A stretch of 64,000 nt of DNA from Hominibacterium faecale (lineage in GTDB: Bacteria; Bacillota; Clostridia; Peptostreptococcales; Anaerovoracaceae). The stretch covers positions 5,743 to 69,742 of the forward strand of contig NZ_JAJAGH010000008.1 in the NCBI RefSeq assembly GCF_020734085.1, written 5' to 3'. A program made the translations under genes and the position numbers. How positions within the stretch are numbered: position 1 is the first letter of the stretch; each line of letters opens with the position of its first letter. A model generated the notes under the pieces. It was not told where the DNA came from and made no database searches. It worked only from the letters and a program-made list of their open reading frames with translations. Shown one piece after another: positions 1-9,641 of this stretch.

Positions 1-443
1 TGGTAAGAGATGCAACCAGCGTTCCCACCATCTATGCCCTCAGCCGAGCGAGAAAATATCTGGATGAAGTTGGCGCGGACATAGAACTGGTGATTACCGG
101 CGGCCTGCGGGTATCCTCTGACTTTGCCAAAGCACTGGCTATGGGGGCCGACGCTGTGGCCATTGCTTCAGCGGCGCTGATCGCTGCGGCCTGTCAGCAG
201 TACCGCATCTGCGGAAGCGGTAAATGTCCGGTGGGCGTGGCTACCCAGGACCCGGAACTGCGATCCAGACTCAAAGAAGAAGCCGCGGCTCAACGAGTGG
301 CCAATTTCCTGAGCTGTACCTGCAGAGAGCTGGAGACCTTTGCCAGAATTACAGGACATGAACGCCTTCAGGATTTATCCCTGGAAGACCTGTGCACGAT
401 CAACAGAGAAATTTCAGAGTTTACCGACATACCACATGCATAG
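1..443 (+). CDS. FMN-binding glutamate synthase family protein, C-terminal fragment (5' end outside window)
   Basis: The reading frame enters from the left edge and stops at 443. The product carries a GltS FMN-domain-like Cys-rich tail (CQQYRICGSGKCPVGVATQDPELR). Confidence 0.6.
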   Translation, partial: VRDATSVPTIYALSRARKYLDEVGADIELVITGGLRVSSDFAKALAMGADAVAIASAALIAAACQQYRICGSGKCPVGVATQDPELRSRLKEEAAAQRVANFLSCTCRELETFARITGHERLQDLSLEDLCTINREISEFTDIPHA

Positions 444-452
444 GAGTAATCA

Positions 453-1001
453 ATGATTGAAGAAATACTGGAATACAACCGAAAATTTGTAGAAGAGGAA
501 AGCTATAAGGCCTACGTCACCAGCAAATACCCGGATAAAAAGCTGGCTATACTCTCTTGTATGGATGCCAGACTGACCGAGCTTCTGCCTTCGGCAATGG
601 GCCTGAAAAACGGTGATGTAAAGATCATAAAAAACGCCGGCGGCGTGATCGCGAACCCTTTTGGAAGTGTCGTAAGGAGTTTGTTGATTGCCATTTATGA
701 ATTGGGCGTGGAAACCATTCTGGTGGTCGGACACACCGACTGCGGCGTCCAGCACATGGACAGCAAGGCCATGATTGCGCATATGAAGGAGCGGGGCGTA
801 TCTCAGAAATCGCTGGATATGATGGGCTATTGTGGAATCGATTTTGAACGCTGGCTAAGCGGGTTTGACGATGTGAATACTTCAGTCAGAGAAACGGTTG
901 ATTTGCTGAAACATCATCCATTGATTCCTGAGGATATTCAGATCGGCGGATTTGTCATGGACTCTACGACTGGAGAATTGATGCCAGTATCGGAAAAATA
1001 G
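453..1001 (+). CDS. beta-class carbonic anhydrase
   Basis: 182 aa with the CMDARL and HTDCG zinc-ligand motifs typical of beta-CA. GGAG RBS upstream. Confidence 0.8.
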   Translation: MIEEILEYNRKFVEEESYKAYVTSKYPDKKLAILSCMDARLTELLPSAMGLKNGDVKIIKNAGGVIANPFGSVVRSLLIAIYELGVETILVVGHTDCGVQHMDSKAMIAHMKERGVSQKSLDMMGYCGIDFERWLSGFDDVNTSVRETVDLLKHHPLIPEDIQIGGFVMDSTTGELMPVSEK

Positions 1002-1068
1002 AAGGGCTGTATGGCAGAAAGCGGTAAGAGGCCTGTACCCTTTCCCGCATTAAAAGCATAGTTTGAAT

Positions 1069-1104
1069 CACCGCCCAATATACTTGACTGGGTGGTGATT
1101 TTTT
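1069..1104 (+). terminator. intrinsic terminator hairpin (tcaccgccca / tgggtggtga) plus T6, abutting the next start codon
   Basis: 10-bp stem with one G-U pair, followed by TTTTTT and then immediately ATG at 1105. The 3' arm (GGTGGTGA) doubles as the likely Shine-Dalgarno of the downstream gene. Confidence 0.5.
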
Positions 1105-1920
1105 ATGATTATAATGATTCGAAAAAAAAGACTGCTGCGTGTAACGGCAGTAGTGGCCCTTTTCGCAGTAGCATTTGTTGGTGTCGGTCTGGCAGCCGGC
1201 GTCTTTAAAAAGGATGCTGTCTCCACATCGGCAGACGGAAACTGGGGCCTGAGCTTCCAGCAGGCGGGGCAGCCTCCGGTTGCCAATGCGACGGCGGAAT
1301 ACCTGAAAAAGTATAATGCCTATTATGCGGAAAAAACCCAGGAGAAGGTCCTGTATCTGACCTTTGATGCGGGATACGAAAACGGGCATACGGCCAAAAT
1401 CCTCGATGCTTTGAAAAAGCATAAGGTCCCCGCGGCGTTCTTTGTGGTGGGTAATTATTTGCAGACTAATCCCGAGCTGGTGAAACGAATGGTGAAAGAA
1501 GGGCATATTGTAGGAAACCACACCTTCCATCACCCGGATATGTCTCAGATATCCACCATGGAGGATTTTTCAAAAGAAATTAAGGACCTGGAAGCACTGT
1601 ACAAAAAAACCACAGGGAAGGAAATGAAGAAGTTTTATCGCCCGCCCCAGGGAAAGTACAGCGAGTCCAATTTGGAAATGGCTAAGGAGCTGGGCTACCA
1701 TACCATTTTCTGGAGCCTGGCCTATGTGGACTGGTATGAGAGCCAGCAGCCATCCAGAGAAGAAGCCTTTAAAAAGCTGATCCCCAGGGTACACCCGGGC
1801 GCCATCGTCCTGCTCCATAGTACTTCCCAGACCAATGCCGAAATTCTCGATGAACTACTGACAAAGTGGGAGGAACTCGGGTATACCTTTAAATCATTAG
1901 ATCAACTAGTGCAGAATTAA
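1105..1920 (+). CDS. polysaccharide deacetylase (PdaA-like, sporulation-type delta-lactam de-N-acetylase family)
   Basis: N-terminal TM/signal segment. NodB-domain motifs TFDAGYENGHT and HIVGNHTFHHPDMS. Confidence 0.75.
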   Translation: MIIMIRKKRLLRVTAVVALFAVAFVGVGLAAGVFKKDAVSTSADGNWGLSFQQAGQPPVANATAEYLKKYNAYYAEKTQEKVLYLTFDAGYENGHTAKILDALKKHKVPAAFFVVGNYLQTNPELVKRMVKEGHIVGNHTFHHPDMSQISTMEDFSKEIKDLEALYKKTTGKEMKKFYRPPQGKYSESNLEMAKELGYHTIFWSLAYVDWYESQQPSREEAFKKLIPRVHPGAIVLLHSTSQTNAEILDELLTKWEELGYTFKSLDQLVQN

Positions 1921-2557
1921 TCAGCGCATGTCCTTTTTCGTTGGGATGCATGCCGTCCAAACAGAGCAGCTCGCCGTAATGACGGTTTTCAAGGAAAATC
2001 CGACGAATATCGATCAGAGGGGCATTTTGCTCCTGGGCCAATTGAAAGACCATGAGATTATAGGCTTCGTGCCAGCGATAGATATAATCGATATCGCCGA
2101 GCCAGTTTAAAATATTCTCTTTGTTCAGCCCCTTGCAGACCCAGTCGAAAAAACGCTGCGGGTTCAGAGGGGGCAGTGAAAGAAGGATCGGCTGACTTCC
2201 GCAGGCTCTGACCTGCTTCAGGATTGTAGTGTAAGTATCCTTAAAAACAGATGAGGGGACCGCAGGCATGTGGTCCTTTTCCGGTGTCCGTGATATTTCT
2301 TCCCAGTTATAGTTGCAATCGTTTCCCCCGAACTCCAGAATGGTATAATCGTATAGAGACAGCTGGGTTTTATGCTTTTCAAGGATTTCCCGTCCTTTGG
2401 TGGTCGTGCAGCCGAAGCGGGCCAAGTTTTTTACCGGAATCTGCCTCACACTGGAAAACAGATTGATAAAACTGTTTTTCAAAAACGTATATTTGTTCCT
2501 CGCCTCATCGTAGATGACCCCTTTGGCAACGGAATCTCCGAGAACACAGATTTGCAT
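1889..2557 (-). CDS. SGNH/GDSL-family hydrolase
   Basis: N-terminal CVLGDSVAKG block (GDS motif). GGGGGA RBS. Its 3' end overlaps the convergent upstream CDS by 32 nt. Confidence 0.65.
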   Translation of the reverse strand: MQICVLGDSVAKGVIYDEARNKYTFLKNSFINLFSSVRQIPVKNLARFGCTTTKGREILEKHKTQLSLYDYTILEFGGNDCNYNWEEISRTPEKDHMPAVPSSVFKDTYTTILKQVRACGSQPILLSLPPLNPQRFFDWVCKGLNKENILNWLGDIDYIYRWHEAYNLMVFQLAQEQNAPLIDIRRIFLENRHYGELLCLDGMHPNEKGHALINSALVDLMI

Positions 2558-2826
2558 GGTGAATCCCCCTTTCTTGAAACTTGGAATCTATCAGTAAGTC
2601 CAGCTCTTTTATGAGTTCTTAAACATTACTTGATACTACGGGATAATAAAAATTGTTTAATGTAATATTTAATATTATATTATGTAATTGTAATGAGGTC
2701 AAGACTATTTACAATTATTTATATATGATATATACTATTGGTGCAGCCAATAAAGCTCCAATATGGAGTCCTTGTATATAGAATGGCATAATAAGGAATT
2801 ATTTATACAGAAAAGAGGTATAAAGG

Positions 2827-3348
2827 ATGGAAACAATTAAGAAGGTATTGGAAGAAAAAAGGCCAAATAAATGGGATGATATTCCGGACATCGATTTATA
2901 TATGGATCAGGTGCTCAGCTACATGCCCAGGCAGCATGCCGGACTGGAGCTGGACGAGAATCTGACGGCGGCGATGGTCAACAATTATATTAAAAAAGGG
3001 CTGCTGCCGAGAGCCAAGGGGAAAAAGTACAATCGAGAGCATATCGCTTATCTGACGGCAATCTGTCTTTTAAAGCAGGTTCTGTCTGTGACGGATACGG
3101 GAGAGCTGTTAAAAGCCAGGATTGAAGACGGTGAAGTTCGGGATTTTTATGAACGATATATCCAAGTGATGGATGAAGAGTTTAAAAAGGTGTCGGCGTC
3201 GCTGGAAGAGACCAAGGACAAAGCTCAGCTGTCGGAAGCGGCCCTCCGGCTGGCGGTTTCCAGCTATGCCCAGAAACTGGCCTGCGAGCAGATGCTGAAG
3301 GAACTGGGGGAATCGTTCAAGGAGGAAGCTGAGGAGGAAACGGAGTAA
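2827..3348 (+). CDS. DUF1836-family protein
   Basis: Motif NLT..MVNNYIKKGLLP typical of DUF1836. AGAGG RBS. Confidence 0.55.
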   Translation: METIKKVLEEKRPNKWDDIPDIDLYMDQVLSYMPRQHAGLELDENLTAAMVNNYIKKGLLPRAKGKKYNREHIAYLTAICLLKQVLSVTDTGELLKARIEDGEVRDFYERYIQVMDEEFKKVSASLEETKDKAQLSEAALRLAVSSYAQKLACEQMLKELGESFKEEAEEETE

Positions 3349-3353
3349 GCCGC

Positions 3354-3379
3354 CGGACACCCTCAATAAAGGGTGTCCG
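3354..3379. terminator. bidirectional terminator hairpin between convergent genes
   Basis: 9-bp stem (cggacaccc / gggtgtccg) with an 8-nt loop. The ansA stop codon lies in the loop. Confidence 0.5.
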
Positions 3380-4364
3380 AATTGATGCACTTGTAGAATT
3401 TGCGGCAAATTTCCGGCCAGGAAATTCCATCCTCCGCCATAATCCACATCATCTTGGTCAGAACGGCTTCCAGGGTCATATCCTTGGCTTCCAAGATGCT
3501 GAAGGTTTCGTTGAGCCTGCGGCCCACCTCGTAAGTCTCCACATTGCTGCCTTCATAAGTAACCTGGGTGGTCATCACCAGCACCTTTTCCTGGGGAGCA
3601 TATTTGCTCAACTGGGAAAAAAGTTCGCTTTCCAGCGTGTCGGGAATGCCGCCCACGCCGAAACTCTCGATAATGATGCAATCGTAAAGGCGAAAGATTT
3701 CGCCAAGAAGGACCGGGGAAATTCCGGGCGTCAGCTTGAGCAGGAAGACCTTGGGATTGAGCCGGTCGTAAAAGACTACCGGATTTTTTTCGATGCTGGG
3801 CGGCAGATAGCGGATGATCCGGCCATCCTGAATAGTAGCCAGGTAGGGGTAGTTTATGCTGGAAAAGGCCGCGAAGCTCAAAGTCTTGGTCTTTTTCGCC
3901 CTCGTGCCCAGGATCACTTTGCCGTCAAAGACGATCTGAACGCCCCGGGAATGGGGATCGGCCGCATAGAGAATGCTGTCCCGCAGGTTTGCTTTGGCAT
4001 CGGTGATCTCAGAGCCGATGGGCTTTTGCGCCCCGGTGAGAACGATGGGTTTGGACGAATGCTGGATCAGATAGGAAAGAGCGGCGGCCGTATAGGCCAT
4101 GGTATCCGTTCCGTGGCAGATGACAAATCCGTCGTAATTATGATATTCTTCCCGGATGGAGCCTGCCAGCAGCAGCCAATGCTCCGGCGTGATATCGGTG
4201 CTGTCCAGATTGCAGACTGCTTTTGTTTTTAAAAGAAAATCGCTGCCGATTTCGGGAAGGTAAGAAAGCAGTTCCTCGGAAGTCAGAGCAGGGATCAGCC
4301 CATGGGGCGTCTTTACAGAGGCGATGGTGCCTCCTGTAGTTAAAATAAGTAATTTTTTCGTCAT
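3363..4364 (-). CDS. ansA: type I L-asparaginase
   Basis: Start reassigned to the internal Met (MTKKLLILTTGGTIAS, the asparaginase N-terminal threonine motif). The 116-codon upstream extension in the ORF track runs through the folE promoter/riboswitch region and is rejected. Confidence 0.8.
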   Translation of the reverse strand: MTKKLLILTTGGTIASVKTPHGLIPALTSEELLSYLPEIGSDFLLKTKAVCNLDSTDITPEHWLLLAGSIREEYHNYDGFVICHGTDTMAYTAAALSYLIQHSSKPIVLTGAQKPIGSEITDAKANLRDSILYAADPHSRGVQIVFDGKVILGTRAKKTKTLSFAAFSSINYPYLATIQDGRIIRYLPPSIEKNPVVFYDRLNPKVFLLKLTPGISPVLLGEIFRLYDCIIIESFGVGGIPDTLESELFSQLSKYAPQEKVLVMTTQVTYEGSNVETYEVGRRLNETFSILEAKDMTLEAVLTKMMWIMAEDGISWPEICRKFYKCINSDTLY

Positions 4365-4438
4365 ATGTTGATTCACTTTCTGTTTCAAATTGCTGAAAAC
4401 AGGATAGCACACGGTTGATGATTTTCCAAGTACAATCC

Positions 4439-4466
4439 TTGTAATTTCCTGAATTTGTACTATAAT
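4439..4466 (+). promoter_or_regulatory. sigma-70 promoter TTGTAA-16-TATAAT
   Basis: -35 at 4439-4444 and -10 at 4461-4466 with a 16-nt spacer, positioned about 30 nt upstream of the riboswitch-like element. Confidence 0.45.
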
Positions 4467-4492
4467 AGAGTATAGCGTAATAACATGCAAAA

Positions 4493-4580
4493 TAGGAACG
4501 TACGCGTCAAGTGTTCGGCGGATGGGGAGTTGCCGCTGAAACGAAAAGCACGGACAAGCTGCTTGCGGTGTATGTTCCGC
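4493..4580 (+). promoter_or_regulatory. THF (tetrahydrofolate) riboswitch-like aptamer in the folE operon leader
   Basis: GGAACGTACGCGTCAAGTG...GGATGGGGAGTTGCCGC...ACGAAAAGCACGG...GGTGTATGTTCC resembles the THF riboswitch consensus (CGCGUUAAGUG...ACGAAGCGAGAGCGCGG) as recalled. P1 closes by GGAACGUAC / GUAUGUUCC. It sits upstream of folE as THF riboswitches do in Firmicutes. Confidence 0.6.
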
Positions 4581-4595
4581 ACCCGTTGCAACAGA

Positions 4596-4663
4596 AGCTC
4601 TGGCATTATGTATGTGAAGGGAGAAGTTTTTCACCGGCATCATGATAGATGGAGAGCTTTTTT
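4596..4663 (+). terminator. candidate expression-platform terminator of the riboswitch
   Basis: GAAGCTCT (4595-4602) pairs with AGAGCTTT (4652-4659), followed by TTTTTTGTTTT. The loop is long and structured. Low-to-moderate confidence. Confidence 0.35.
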
Positions 4664-4703
4664 GTTTTCTGTCAATGGGAAAAAAAGAAGGAGACAGAAC
4701 AAC

Positions 4704-5255
4704 ATGGATCAAAAGAAAATCAAAGAAGGCGTCCGGCTCATACTGGAAGGGATCGGAGAGGACCCTCAGAGGGAGGGCCTTTTAGAGACCCCGGACAGGG
4801 TGGCCCGGATGTGCGAAGAGATATACGCAGGAATGGCCCAGGACGCAGAGGCACATCTTTCCAAGCAATTTCACGTGGAAAACAACAATATGGTGTTGGA
4901 AAAAGACATCGTCTTTTATTCCACCTGTGAACATCACCTGCTGCCCTTTTACGGGAAAGCGCATGTGGCCTATATACCGGACGGTACAGTGGCGGGACTG
5001 TCCAAGCTGGCCAGAACTGTGGAAGTTTACGCCAGAAGACCTCAGCTGCAAGAGCAGATGACCGCCCAGATCGCCGATGCTCTGGAAACCCACCTTCACC
5101 CCAAAGGAGTCATGGTTATGATTGAGGCAGAGCACATGTGCATGACCATGCGAGGCGTGCAAAAACCAGGAACAAAGACTGTGACCACCATGGTCAGAGG
5201 AGATTTTGCACAGGACTATTCGCTGCAGCAGACTTTTTTACAAATGGTGAAATAA
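4704..5255 (+). CDS. folE: GTP cyclohydrolase I (FolE, zinc-dependent type)
   Basis: 183 aa from MDQKKIKEG with GGAG RBS. Conserved [10 protein letters not shown] motif. The ORF-track start at 4485 is rejected because it overlaps the riboswitch. Confidence 0.9.
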   Translation: MDQKKIKEGVRLILEGIGEDPQREGLLETPDRVARMCEEIYAGMAQDAEAHLSKQFHVENNNMVLEKDIVFYSTCEHHLLPFYGKAHVAYIPDGTVAGLSKLARTVEVYARRPQLQEQMTAQIADALETHLHPKGVMVMIEAEHMCMTMRGVQKPGTKTVTTMVRGDFAQDYSLQQTFLQMVK

Positions 5256-5256
5256 T

Positions 5257-5739
5257 ATGGAAAGAGTAAATCGAATTTTTAACCATCCGGCATACCAGGA
5301 AGCGATGGAGGCCATTGAAGAAGCAGAAACCGATCGGATTTTCTGCAAACATGATATGGAACATTTCTTGAGTGTGGCAAGGCTGGCCTATATCTACAAT
5401 TTGGAAGAACAGGCAGGCATTGCCCGGGAAATCATCTACAGCGCGGCCCTGCTGCACGATATCGGCAGAGGGCTCCAATATACAAAGGACATTCCCCATC
5501 ACGAAGCGGGGGTAGGCATGGCGGAGAAAATTCTGCCAGAGTGCGGCTTTTCCGACGAGGAGCAGGCCCAGATCATCGATGCTATCCTGTTTCACAGGCG
5601 GGAGGGCGTAAAAAAGGGCGGACCTCTGCGGACGTTCCTTAACAAAGCGGACAAGCGGTCGCGGAATTGTTTTATCTGCCGGGCCAGGGATGCCTGCAAG
5701 TGGCATAAAGAAAATATGAATTTAAAAATCGACTACTAA
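5257..5739 (+). CDS. HD-domain phosphohydrolase
   Basis: H..HD motif (LLHDIGR). Begins 1 nt after the folE stop, suggesting translational coupling within the folate operon. Confidence 0.6.
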   Translation: MERVNRIFNHPAYQEAMEAIEEAETDRIFCKHDMEHFLSVARLAYIYNLEEQAGIAREIIYSAALLHDIGRGLQYTKDIPHHEAGVGMAEKILPECGFSDEEQAQIIDAILFHRREGVKKGGPLRTFLNKADKRSRNCFICRARDACKWHKENMNLKIDY

Positions 5740-5750
5740 GGAGAGCATAT

Positions 5751-6557
5751 ATGAAAATCGGCAATCGAGAATTTGACGCTGCGAATCGAACTTACATTAT
5801 GGGGATCCTCAATGTGACCCCGGACTCCTTTTCCGACGGGGGAACGTTCAATCGACTGGATGCCGCTCTTTTTCGTGCGGAAGAAATGATCCGGGAAGGG
5901 GCTGACATCATCGATGTGGGCGGAGAATCCACCAGGCCGGGGCATACGGTCATTACGCCTGAGGAAGAAATGGAACGGGTTGTGCCGGTCATCGAGCAGA
6001 TCGATAAAAATTTTGACATCCCCATTTCCATTGACACGTATAAAAGCAGCGTGGCCCGTGCTGCGCTGGAAGGGGGCGCCCATCTGGTGAACGATATCTG
6101 GGGACTGAAAAAGGATCCGCAGATGGCGGCTCTGATCGGAGAAAAAAAGGCGGCCTGCTGCCTGATGCACAATCGGGAGCAGCCCGTTTATGAAGATTTC
6201 CTCAACGACATGCTGGAGGATCTGAAGGAATGCGTCCGCCTTGCAAAGGACGGCGGCATTGCAGATGATAAAATCATCCTCGACCCGGGCATTGGTTTTG
6301 GCAAGACTTATGAAATGAACCTGACGGCTATCAACCGGGTGGAGCTTTTGGGCCATTTGGGTTATCCGGTGCTCCTGGCAACATCCAGAAAATCGGTGAT
6401 CGGACTGACGCTGGATCTGCCGGCGGATCAGCGCCTGGAAGGCACCCTGGCGACGACAGTCCTGGGCGTGATGAAGGGCTGCGCCTTTGTGCGGGTTCAC
6501 GATATTAAAGAAAATAAACGGGTCATACGTATGACAGAGGCCATTTTAGGCAAATAA
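5751..6557 (+). CDS. folP: dihydropteroate synthase
   Basis: GILNVTPDSFSDGG pterin-binding motif. AGGAG RBS. Confidence 0.9.
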   Translation: MKIGNREFDAANRTYIMGILNVTPDSFSDGGTFNRLDAALFRAEEMIREGADIIDVGGESTRPGHTVITPEEEMERVVPVIEQIDKNFDIPISIDTYKSSVARAALEGGAHLVNDIWGLKKDPQMAALIGEKKAACCLMHNREQPVYEDFLNDMLEDLKECVRLAKDGGIADDKIILDPGIGFGKTYEMNLTAINRVELLGHLGYPVLLATSRKSVIGLTLDLPADQRLEGTLATTVLGVMKGCAFVRVHDIKENKRVIRMTEAILGK

Positions 6558-6571
6558 CAGTTAGGAGAACC

Positions 6572-7390
6572 ATGGACAAAATCTATATCAAGAATCTGGA
6601 AGTTTTCGCCCGCCACGGCGTTTTTCCGGAAGAAAACGCACTGGGACAAAAATTTCTCATCTCTGCGGTTCTATATACGGATACGAGGAAGGCGGGAATG
6701 ACCGACGATCTGACCGCATCCATCCACTACGGCGAAGTCAGCCAGATGATGAAAGCGTTCATTGAAGAGAATACCTTCAAGCTGCTGGAGACCGCAGCGG
6801 AAAGGCTGGCTTTTAAAATGCTGATGGAGATCTCCAATCTGGAGCAGGTCAAATTGGAAATCAAAAAGCCCTGGGCGCCGATCGGCATTCCGCTGGAGAC
6901 CGTATCGGTGGAAATCCTTCGCGGGTGGCATCGGGCCTATATCGCTTTGGGGTCTAATATGGGCGATAAAGAGGCATACTTGAAACAGGCGGTGGCTGCC
7001 CTAGATGAGGAAGAAGGCTGCTGGGTGAAGCAAGTATCGAATTTTTTGACGACAGAGCCCTATGGATATCTGGACCAGGATGAGTTTCTCAACGGCTGCC
7101 TTGAACTGCACACGCTGCTGACGCCGCAGGAACTGCTGGAACTGATCCACAGGATCGAAGCAGATGCGGAGCGCAAGCGGGAAATACGCTGGGGCCCTAG
7201 AACCCTGGATCTGGATATTCTGCTCTATGATGATTTGATTCTGGATACTGAGGATCTGACCATCCCCCATATTGAAATGGAAAAAAGGGATTTTGTTCTG
7301 CGGCCTCTGGCCCAGATCGCGCCCTTGGTGCGGCACCCGCTCACAAGAAAGCGGGTAAGTGAAATGCTGGCCGATTTGGAATCTGAATAA
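6572..7390 (+). CDS. folBK: bifunctional dihydroneopterin aldolase / HPPK (FolB-FolK fusion)
   Basis: N-terminal half MDKIYIKNLEVFARHGV is FolB-like. C-terminal half AYIALGSNMGD...RWGPRTLDLDILLYDD is FolK-like. Confidence 0.85.
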   Translation: MDKIYIKNLEVFARHGVFPEENALGQKFLISAVLYTDTRKAGMTDDLTASIHYGEVSQMMKAFIEENTFKLLETAAERLAFKMLMEISNLEQVKLEIKKPWAPIGIPLETVSVEILRGWHRAYIALGSNMGDKEAYLKQAVAALDEEEGCWVKQVSNFLTTEPYGYLDQDEFLNGCLELHTLLTPQELLELIHRIEADAERKREIRWGPRTLDLDILLYDDLILDTEDLTIPHIEMEKRDFVLRPLAQIAPLVRHPLTRKRVSEMLADLESE

Positions 7391-7408
7391 AAGAGGTGAA
7401 GAAAGAAG

Positions 7409-7702
7409 ATGCATAGCATAAAACTGGTTTGCGACAAGCCGTTTCACAATAACTGCGATGTCACCGTATACGATGTGACTGACGGGAAAGAAAAGAAACG
7501 CTGCAAGATCATGGTAGATTACGCTGAGAGCGATATCCGTCAGCTGCAAAAACAGGGATACGATTATGAAGCTGCTGCAGCTTATTTTCAAGAGTGGATT
7601 TATAAAACCGTAAAACGATACATTGCCGATGACTGGGAATGTACGGAAGGCCTGGATGAAATCATGCAGATCGTAAGAGAACATATTGAACCATACTTCT
7701 AA
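7409..7702 (+). CDS. hypothetical protein (97 aa) inside the folate operon
   Basis: Tight spacing to neighbours and an RBS. No recognisable motif. Confidence 0.4.
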   Translation: MHSIKLVCDKPFHNNCDVTVYDVTDGKEKKRCKIMVDYAESDIRQLQKQGYDYEAAAAYFQEWIYKTVKRYIADDWECTEGLDEIMQIVREHIEPYF

Positions 7703-7714
7703 GGAGAAATGACG

Positions 7715-8557
7715 ATGATACAGGATATAGCGCCGCACAAGCTGGACAATTCTTATGCACGCCAGCAAGCAGAGAAAGAACATATGGCCTTTACATTCAA
7801 AGACGGCAAGATATTGCTGCACAAGGATAAAGAGGGAAACCTGACGCTGCCGGTTCTGGGGCAGTTGCCGGGGTCCTTTGAAACATATGAAGAAAAGGCC
7901 CTCTATGCCTTTTCCGTGGATCAGGAGCCCATGTTCCTCATTTTACCCCATGATTTGGAAGAAGGGCAGACAGACCTGGAATACCACGATCTACGGGATT
8001 TATACGGGGTTTCACCTGTCTGGGCCGCCCTGGCCGGGGTGACAGCCAGCCATTTGAATCACTGGTATCTGGAGCACCTGTTCTGCGGTTGCTGCGGAAG
8101 TCCGGCAAAGCTGGGAAAATGGGAGCGGGCCATGGTCTGTCCCCAGTGCAAGAACATCCAATATCCCAGAATTTCGCCGGTAATCATGGCCGCCGTTACA
8201 GACGGCGACCGGCTGCTGGTCACCAGATACGCGGGCAGGCCTTACAAAGGACTGGCTCTGATCGCGGGATTTGTTGAGATCGGCGAGTCGCTGGAAGGCG
8301 CGCTGCGGCGTGAAGTAATGGAAGAAGTGGGACTGGAAGTGGAAAACCTTCAGTATTTTGGAAGTCAGCCCTGGGGATTTTCCGATTCGGTGATCTCAGG
8401 CTTTTTCGCCGATCTTTCAGGAAGCAGCCAAGTCCGGCTGGATCGGGAGGAGCTGTCGGAAGCCGTTTGGCTCCATAGAGATGAAATACCGAAGCAAAAC
8501 AATGGCATCAGTATCACAGCGGCCATGATCGAAGCCTTCCGCACTGGGAAGTTTTAA
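7715..8557 (+). CDS. NudC-like Nudix hydrolase (NADH pyrophosphatase family) with zinc ribbon
   Basis: CGCCG...CPQC zinc ribbon followed by Nudix box GFVEIGESLEGALRREVMEEVGL. Start placed at the second ATG for better SD spacing. Confidence 0.75.
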   Translation: MIQDIAPHKLDNSYARQQAEKEHMAFTFKDGKILLHKDKEGNLTLPVLGQLPGSFETYEEKALYAFSVDQEPMFLILPHDLEEGQTDLEYHDLRDLYGVSPVWAALAGVTASHLNHWYLEHLFCGCCGSPAKLGKWERAMVCPQCKNIQYPRISPVIMAAVTDGDRLLVTRYAGRPYKGLALIAGFVEIGESLEGALRREVMEEVGLEVENLQYFGSQPWGFSDSVISGFFADLSGSSQVRLDREELSEAVWLHRDEIPKQNNGISITAAMIEAFRTGKF

Positions 8558-8577
8558 GTTGAAAGGGGAATGAAACG

Positions 8578-9612
8578 ATGACAAAGGTAGATCTGATATC
8601 CGGCTTTCTAGGCGCCGGAAAAACGACGTTTATTAAAGAGCTGATTGCAAAAGTTTGGAAGGATGAAAAGATCGTTCTTATTGAAAACGAATTCGGTGAG
8701 ATCGGCATTGACAGCCGGTTTATGCAGGACTGCGGCATTGAAGTTACAGAAATGAATTCTGGCTGCATTTGCTGCACCTTGGTAGGCGACTTTGCAAGAG
8801 CCCTCAAACAGGTGGTGGAAGAATTCCAGCCTGACCGGGTGATCATCGAGCCTTCCGGCGTGGGCAAGCTGTCCGATGTGGCCGCCGCCGTCAAGGAGAT
8901 GGAGGAAAGCGCCCAGGTAGAGATCGACTGCAAAATTACAGTTGTGGATGGGAAAAAGGCAAAGCTCTATATCAAGAATTTCGGAGAATTCTATAACAAT
9001 CAGCTGGAAAACGCGGACACGATCGTTGTCAGCCGTACCCAGGACATGACCGAGGAAAAACTCAAGGAATGCCTGGCTTTGATCCAGGAGCATAATGAGG
9101 ATGCGGCCATCATTACCACGCCCTGGCAGCAGCTTTCCGGCGAAATGATTCTGGACGCCCTGCACCACGCCCATGATCTGGAAGCGGAGCTGGCCAGGGA
9201 GCATGACCACGATCACCACCATGGAGCCTGCCACCATGAAGATCACCATCATGAACATCACCACCACCACGATGAAAGCTGCGGCTGCGGCCATGAACAT
9301 CATCATGACCACGATCACGAAGGCCACCATCATGCGGATGAAGTGTTCACAAGCTGGGGGATCGAAACGGTCCACAAATTCAATGAATCCGAGCTTGCGG
9401 ATACGCTGAAAATGCTCAGCATGACCGATGAATTCGGCACGGTTCTGCGGGCTAAAGGCATCGTGGAAGGTGAGGACGGACAGTGGCTCGAGTTTGACAT
9501 GGTCCCCGAAGAGACAGAGATCCGCAGGTGCCGCCCTGACTATACGGGCAGAATCTGTGTGATCGGGACCGAGCTCAAAACGGACGATCTAAAGCGGGTC
9601 TTTGGTAAATAG
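8578..9612 (+). CDS. COG0523 (CobW/ZigA/YciC-type) metallochaperone GTPase with His-rich tract
   Basis: P-loop GFLGAGKTT, CICC metal-binding motif, and a long His/Asp/Glu-rich stretch (HDHDHHHGACHHEDHHHEHHHHH...). Confidence 0.8.
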   Translation: MTKVDLISGFLGAGKTTFIKELIAKVWKDEKIVLIENEFGEIGIDSRFMQDCGIEVTEMNSGCICCTLVGDFARALKQVVEEFQPDRVIIEPSGVGKLSDVAAAVKEMEESAQVEIDCKITVVDGKKAKLYIKNFGEFYNNQLENADTIVVSRTQDMTEEKLKECLALIQEHNEDAAIITTPWQQLSGEMILDALHHAHDLEAELAREHDHDHHHGACHHEDHHHEHHHHHDESCGCGHEHHHDHDHEGHHHADEVFTSWGIETVHKFNESELADTLKMLSMTDEFGTVLRAKGIVEGEDGQWLEFDMVPEETEIRRCRPDYTGRICVIGTELKTDDLKRVFGK

Positions 9613-9641
9613 AGGGCCGGAGCAATAAGGAGGCAGAGATT

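Noticed and set aside
4485-4703. N-terminal 73-codon extension of folE in the ORF track
   Set aside because: It overlaps the promoter and the riboswitch-like element. The conserved FolE sequence begins at MDQKKIK with a proper RBS.
4365-4712. 116-codon upstream extension of the asparaginase ORF
   Set aside because: The asparaginase N-terminal threonine motif (TGGTIAS) follows the internal Met at 4364. The extension runs across the folE promoter.
9175-9345. Possible CRISPR or tandem DNA repeat at the cac/cat-rich stretch
   Set aside because: It is an in-frame His-rich coding tract, not a spacer-repeat array.
8608-9375. 255-aa minus-strand ORF antisense to the first COG0523 gene
   Set aside because: Shadow ORF created by the repetitive His-codon tract (cac/cat read antisense as gtg/atg). 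Low-complexity product, no RBS. Similar antisense ORFs were rejected at 5736-6500, 7001-7822, 9777-10673, 20572-21414, 22347-22943, 31514-32203, 46942-47601, 48130-49377 and 58043-59125.
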